A stretch of 64,000 nucleotides of DNA from an uncultured Muribaculaceae bacterium. GTDB taxonomy: Bacteria > Bacteroidota > Bacteroidia > Bacteroidales > Muribaculaceae. Made by a program: the position numbers and the translations under genes. Below the pieces are notes generated by a model. It did not search any database, was not told the origin of the DNA, and saw only the letters and a program-made list of their open reading frames with translations. This document shows, in pieces, positions 60,644 through 64,000 of this stretch. Numbering within the stretch: position 1 is the stretch's first letter; each line of letters starts with the position of its first letter. The DNA lies in NCBI GenBank assembly GCA_964517875.1, contig CAZFEU010000001.1:22831-86830 (forward strand). Reading direction: 5' to 3'.

Positions 60644-63600
60644 TTAAGATTGAGTATCTCTATATGCCTTGCGATATTTCTTACGATTGCGTCGTACACC
60701 CACATAGGCAAAGATACAATATAATGTAGGCACAAACAGCAGGGTGAGAATAGTAGAAACCGTAAGACCTCCGATAACCGCAGTACCCATCGGGCGCCAC
60801 ATCTCTGCACCTTGGCCAGTACCAATTGCCATGGGTACCATACCAAGAATGGTAGTCAACGTGGTCATGACCACAGGACGCAGACGTGACTTACCGCCAT
60901 GTACCACGGCTGTGCGGATAGACATTCCACGCTCGCGGTTAAGCGATATGTAGTCAATGAGCACGATACCATTTTTCACCACGATACCTATTAGCATAAT
61001 AGCACCGATAAGCGACATTACATTGAGCGTGTGTCCTGTGAGGTAAAGGATGATAAATACGCCTGAGAATGCGAAGAGCAATGAGGTCATGATAATAGCG
61101 GGATAGGTATAGCTCTCAAACTGAGCAGCCATCACTATGTATACCAATATTATGATAAGAGCGGCAAGCGTAAGCAGATCCTTAAACGAGTCTTGCTGGT
61201 CTTCATAGCTACCTGCCAGATCAATGTTTATGCCAACAGGTATGTCCATCTTGTCAATTTCAGCATTAGCGGCCTCTACCACCTGACTCATTGGCACACC
61301 ATCGACTACTGTTGAAACGGTAACAATGCGCTCGCGGTCTTTACGTTCGATAGTAGGTGGCGTAAATCGCTCAACTACTTTGCCAACTTCCTTAATTTTA
61401 ACCGGACTACCTGACGGGGTGATAATGGTGATATTCTCAATGTCGGCAATTGATTGACGATGCGCTGGGTCATACATCACCTTTATGTCATATTCCTCTC
61501 CATCCTCTCGATATTGAGATGCTATAGAACCATTGATACGGTTGCGCAAAGCAGTAGCGGCGGTGGCAAGATTAAGTCCATGCATGGCGAGTTTTTCACG
61601 GTCAAAGTCAACCTGGTATTCGGGTTGATAATCCGCACGTGAAATACGTATGTCAGCAGTGCCGGGAATATTCTTGAGTATGCGTGTCAACTGTTGCGCT
61701 ACGGAGTCGGTCTCGTTAAAGTCATAACCATAGATTTCGAAATCAACGGTTGACTGTCCTGACATTGACCCTCCGCGGTTACCACCAACATTAACTTGCG
61801 CCTTCGAATACTCAGGATAATGTTTAAGATCCTCGCGCATCATCTGAGCGATCTCTATGATTGAACGGTCTCGATCGCCGGGATCGCTCAAACGTATATT
61901 CATCGACACAATATGTGGACCATTGTCACTGAGCGATCCCCATGTGTTATCGCTCGATGCTGTACCGGTAGTGTAGTTGAGCACTTGTATTTCAGGATAT
62001 TTCTCCCTCCACTCTTTCGCAAGACGATTGGTAACTTCATTGGCCACCTCCACGCGCGTGCCGATGGGAAGCTCAAGATTCACCCCAAGTCGCCCATCAT
62101 CGGCAGTGGGGAAGAACTCGGTTCCAACATTGCGCACAAGGAATATCGAGCCGACAAATATTGCTGCACAAACTAAAATAGTAATAAGTTTATGCGACAC
62201 AACCTTTGTAAGAAGCCATGCGTAACCGTTGTCAAATGCATCGAGACCACGATTGATGGGGCCAAAAAGCAAAAGATAAAATTTTCCACGCTTTATATTA
62301 CGTTTCAGCAGCTGTGAGCATAGCATGGGGGTGAGTGACAGCGCACACACCGTTGATATAATCATCATGATCGTTACCATCCACCCTAACTGACGGAAAA
62401 GTACGCCCGTCATGCCGGTGACAAGTGTCAGAGGGAAGAATACGGCAATAAGTGTAAGAGTTGAAGCAATAACTGATACAGCCACCTCATTGGTACCATG
62501 TATAGCCGCTTGCTTTGGATCAGACCCGCGTTCAATATGCGTCGTGACATTTTCCAACACCACAATTGCGTCGTCCACTACCATACCTATAGATATTGAT
62601 AGCGCCGATAATGATACTATGTTTAAGCTATTGCCAGTGATAGCAAGGTAGATGAACGATGCGATCAGCGATATAGGGATAGTAATTGTGATAATCAATG
62701 TGGCTCTCCATCGGCCAAGAAAAACAAACACCACAATAACAACGAATAATAGCGCATAAAGCACTGTTTCGGTCAACGAGGCTATAGTATTGCGGATATT
62801 ATCGGATGTATCGACAATCACACCAAGCTTAACATCGGATGGGAGACGTTTCTGAAGTTGTGGCAACATCTTCAGCACCTGATCAGAAATCTCCACTGAG
62901 TTTGCTCCTGATTGTTTCTGAATGATAATCATAGCACCCTTGTTGCCGTCGTTGTATGTCTGCTGGGCACGCTCCTCAAGGGAGTCATCTATCGTAGCTA
63001 CGTCGCTTAGGTAAATATTATTTCCATCTACCGACCCTACAACAATTTTCGACATCTGGTCGGAAGAAACGAACTCTCCCTGCACGCGCAGCGTATAAGT
63101 ATCTGAGCCGATATCGAATGAACCACCGGGGATGTTGCGGTTTTCACTGGCTACAATCTGCGAGATAGTCTCAACCGATAAATTGTATGCTTCAAGTTTA
63201 TTAGGATCAACGTAGATGTGTATCTCGCGTTTTGGAGCACCGGATATTGAAACCGAGCCAACGCCATTGATACGCGCAAGTGGGTTTACCACCGCATCAT
63301 CAAGTATCTTATATAAGCCGGGCATACTTTCATCAGCTTCCACCGAAAGCATCACAATAGGTATCATGTCGGTAGAAAACTTGAAGATCACCGGAGTCTC
63401 GGCATCATCAGGGAGCATACTGTTGACCATGTCAAGCTTATCACGCACATCGTTGGTGAGTACGTCAATATCCTTGCCATACTCAAATTCAAGAGTAATG
63501 ACTGAGATATTCTCACGCGATTTTGATGTGATGTGCTTTAAGTCATTGACAGCGTTGAGAGTGTTCTCAAGCGGACGTGTCACATTCTGCTCAATATCCT

Positions 63601-63769
63601 GCGCACTTGCTCCCTGATAGGTGGTCATCACCATAATGGTGTTGGTATCTATGTCGGGATAAAGGTCGATAGGTAGGGTGGAAAGAGAAAATAAGCCGAG
63701 TATGGCAACCGCTACGAAACATAGGGTAGTCATAATCGGTCGTTTGACTGCTGAACCGTATAAGCTCAT
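60644..63769 (-). CDS. Efflux RND transporter permease (AcrB/HAE family), second copy in the window
   Basis: 1041 aa with 12 TM helices and two large periplasmic loops. Confidence 0.9.
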   Translation of the reverse strand: MSLYGSAVKRPIMTTLCFVAVAILGLFSLSTLPIDLYPDIDTNTIMVMTTYQGASAQDIEQNVTRPLENTLNAVNDLKHITSKSRENISVITLEFEYGKDIDVLTNDVRDKLDMVNSMLPDDAETPVIFKFSTDMIPIVMLSVEADESMPGLYKILDDAVVNPLARINGVGSVSISGAPKREIHIYVDPNKLEAYNLSVETISQIVASENRNIPGGSFDIGSDTYTLRVQGEFVSSDQMSKIVVGSVDGNNIYLSDVATIDDSLEERAQQTYNDGNKGAMIIIQKQSGANSVEISDQVLKMLPQLQKRLPSDVKLGVIVDTSDNIRNTIASLTETVLYALLFVVIVVFVFLGRWRATLIITITIPISLIASFIYLAITGNSLNIVSLSALSISIGMVVDDAIVVLENVTTHIERGSDPKQAAIHGTNEVAVSVIASTLTLIAVFFPLTLVTGMTGVLFRQLGWMVTIMMIISTVCALSLTPMLCSQLLKRNIKRGKFYLLLFGPINRGLDAFDNGYAWLLTKVVSHKLITILVCAAIFVGSIFLVRNVGTEFFPTADDGRLGVNLELPIGTRVEVANEVTNRLAKEWREKYPEIQVLNYTTGTASSDNTWGSLSDNGPHIVSMNIRLSDPGDRDRSIIEIAQMMREDLKHYPEYSKAQVNVGGNRGGSMSGQSTVDFEIYGYDFNETDSVAQQLTRILKNIPGTADIRISRADYQPEYQVDFDREKLAMHGLNLATAATALRNRINGSIASQYREDGEEYDIKVMYDPAHRQSIADIENITIITPSGSPVKIKEVGKVVERFTPPTIERKDRERIVTVSTVVDGVPMSQVVEAANAEIDKMDIPVGINIDLAGSYEDQQDSFKDLLTLAALIIILVYIVMAAQFESYTYPAIIMTSLLFAFSGVFIILYLTGHTLNVMSLIGAIMLIGIVVKNGIVLIDYISLNRERGMSIRTAVVHGGKSRLRPVVMTTLTTILGMVPMAIGTGQGAEMWRPMGTAVIGGLTVSTILTLLFVPTLYCIFAYVGVRRNRKKYRKAYRDTQS

Positions 63770-63824
63770 TGTAGAGTTATTTAGTGGTGTGTGAGTGTTT
63801 GGATTATTTTTAAGCGTATGGGGA

Positions 63825-64000
63825 TTATTCAGCCGATTCGGTGTTGATAACCTCTACTTCAATACCATCTGCAAGTCGCGACTGACCGTTGATAACAACG
63901 ATATCTCCATCCTCTACGCCTGATAGTACTTCGTAAGTGTCACCGAGTCGCTGGCCAAGTTGAACCTGATTGTAGCTAACTTTACCGTCGTCACCAAGCA
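63825..64000 (-). CDS. Efflux RND periplasmic adaptor subunit, C-terminal fragment (the rest is beyond the window)
   Basis: Manual minus-strand translation ends ...LGDDGKVSYNQVQLGQRLGDTYEVLSGVEDGDIVVINGQSRLADGIEVEVINTESAE, then stops. This is a typical adaptor C-terminus, upstream of the permease. Confidence 0.6.
   Translation of the reverse strand, partial: LGDDGKVSYNQVQLGQRLGDTYEVLSGVEDGDIVVINGQSRLADGIEVEVINTESAE

Noticed and set aside
1-64000. CRISPR arrays, rRNA operons, insertion sequences, and restriction-modification or other defence gene clusters
   Set aside because: I found no regularly spaced direct repeats, no rRNA-like segments, no transposase- or integrase-like ORFs, and no nuclease, helicase or methylase clusters typical of defence islands. 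The intergenic gaps other than 5844..6418 are too short to hide them.

Overview
This looks like a Bacteroidales-type chromosomal segment. The evidence is repeated TAnnTTTG -7 promoter motifs, a BioG-BioC fusion, and DUF3108, DUF5106 and PG0541-like genes. About 50 genes are tightly packed and mostly housekeeping. They include a partial ygiQ, uvrB, mutS2, a bioA-bioF-bioG/C-bioD operon, thyA-folA, pyrK-pyrD, kdsA, rsmE, mnmA, clpB, rlmH, parC, tdk, valS, an NfnAB-like pair, htrA, one tRNA-Ser(GGA), two RND efflux loci and a MATE exporter. I saw no transposase, integrase, CRISPR array or rRNA. The stand-out is a compact RiPP-like locus on the minus strand at about 42.6-44.9 kb. It starts with a 57-aa Cys-rich peptide that the ORF track misses (44707..44880), carrying two copies of ACGSACGAG(D/E)EK. 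A perfect 10-bp stem-loop follows, then a radical SAM/SPASM enzyme, then an ATGA-coupled MDR-family oxidoreductase. An HxlR-type regulator is transcribed divergently. From memory the pair resembles the computationally defined ACGX-repeat peptide / rSAM-SPASM family, whose chemistry and function are, as far as I know, uncharacterised. Secondary curiosities are a membrane Hanks-type Ser/Thr kinase with six WG repeats, a roughly 450-nt GC-rich structured non-coding stretch next to the tRNA, a membrane polyferredoxin coupled to thyA-folA, a phosphoesterase/beta-propeller fusion, and a PII-like small gene behind an RND pump. All functional calls come from reading the translated ORFs for motifs; no database search was possible.
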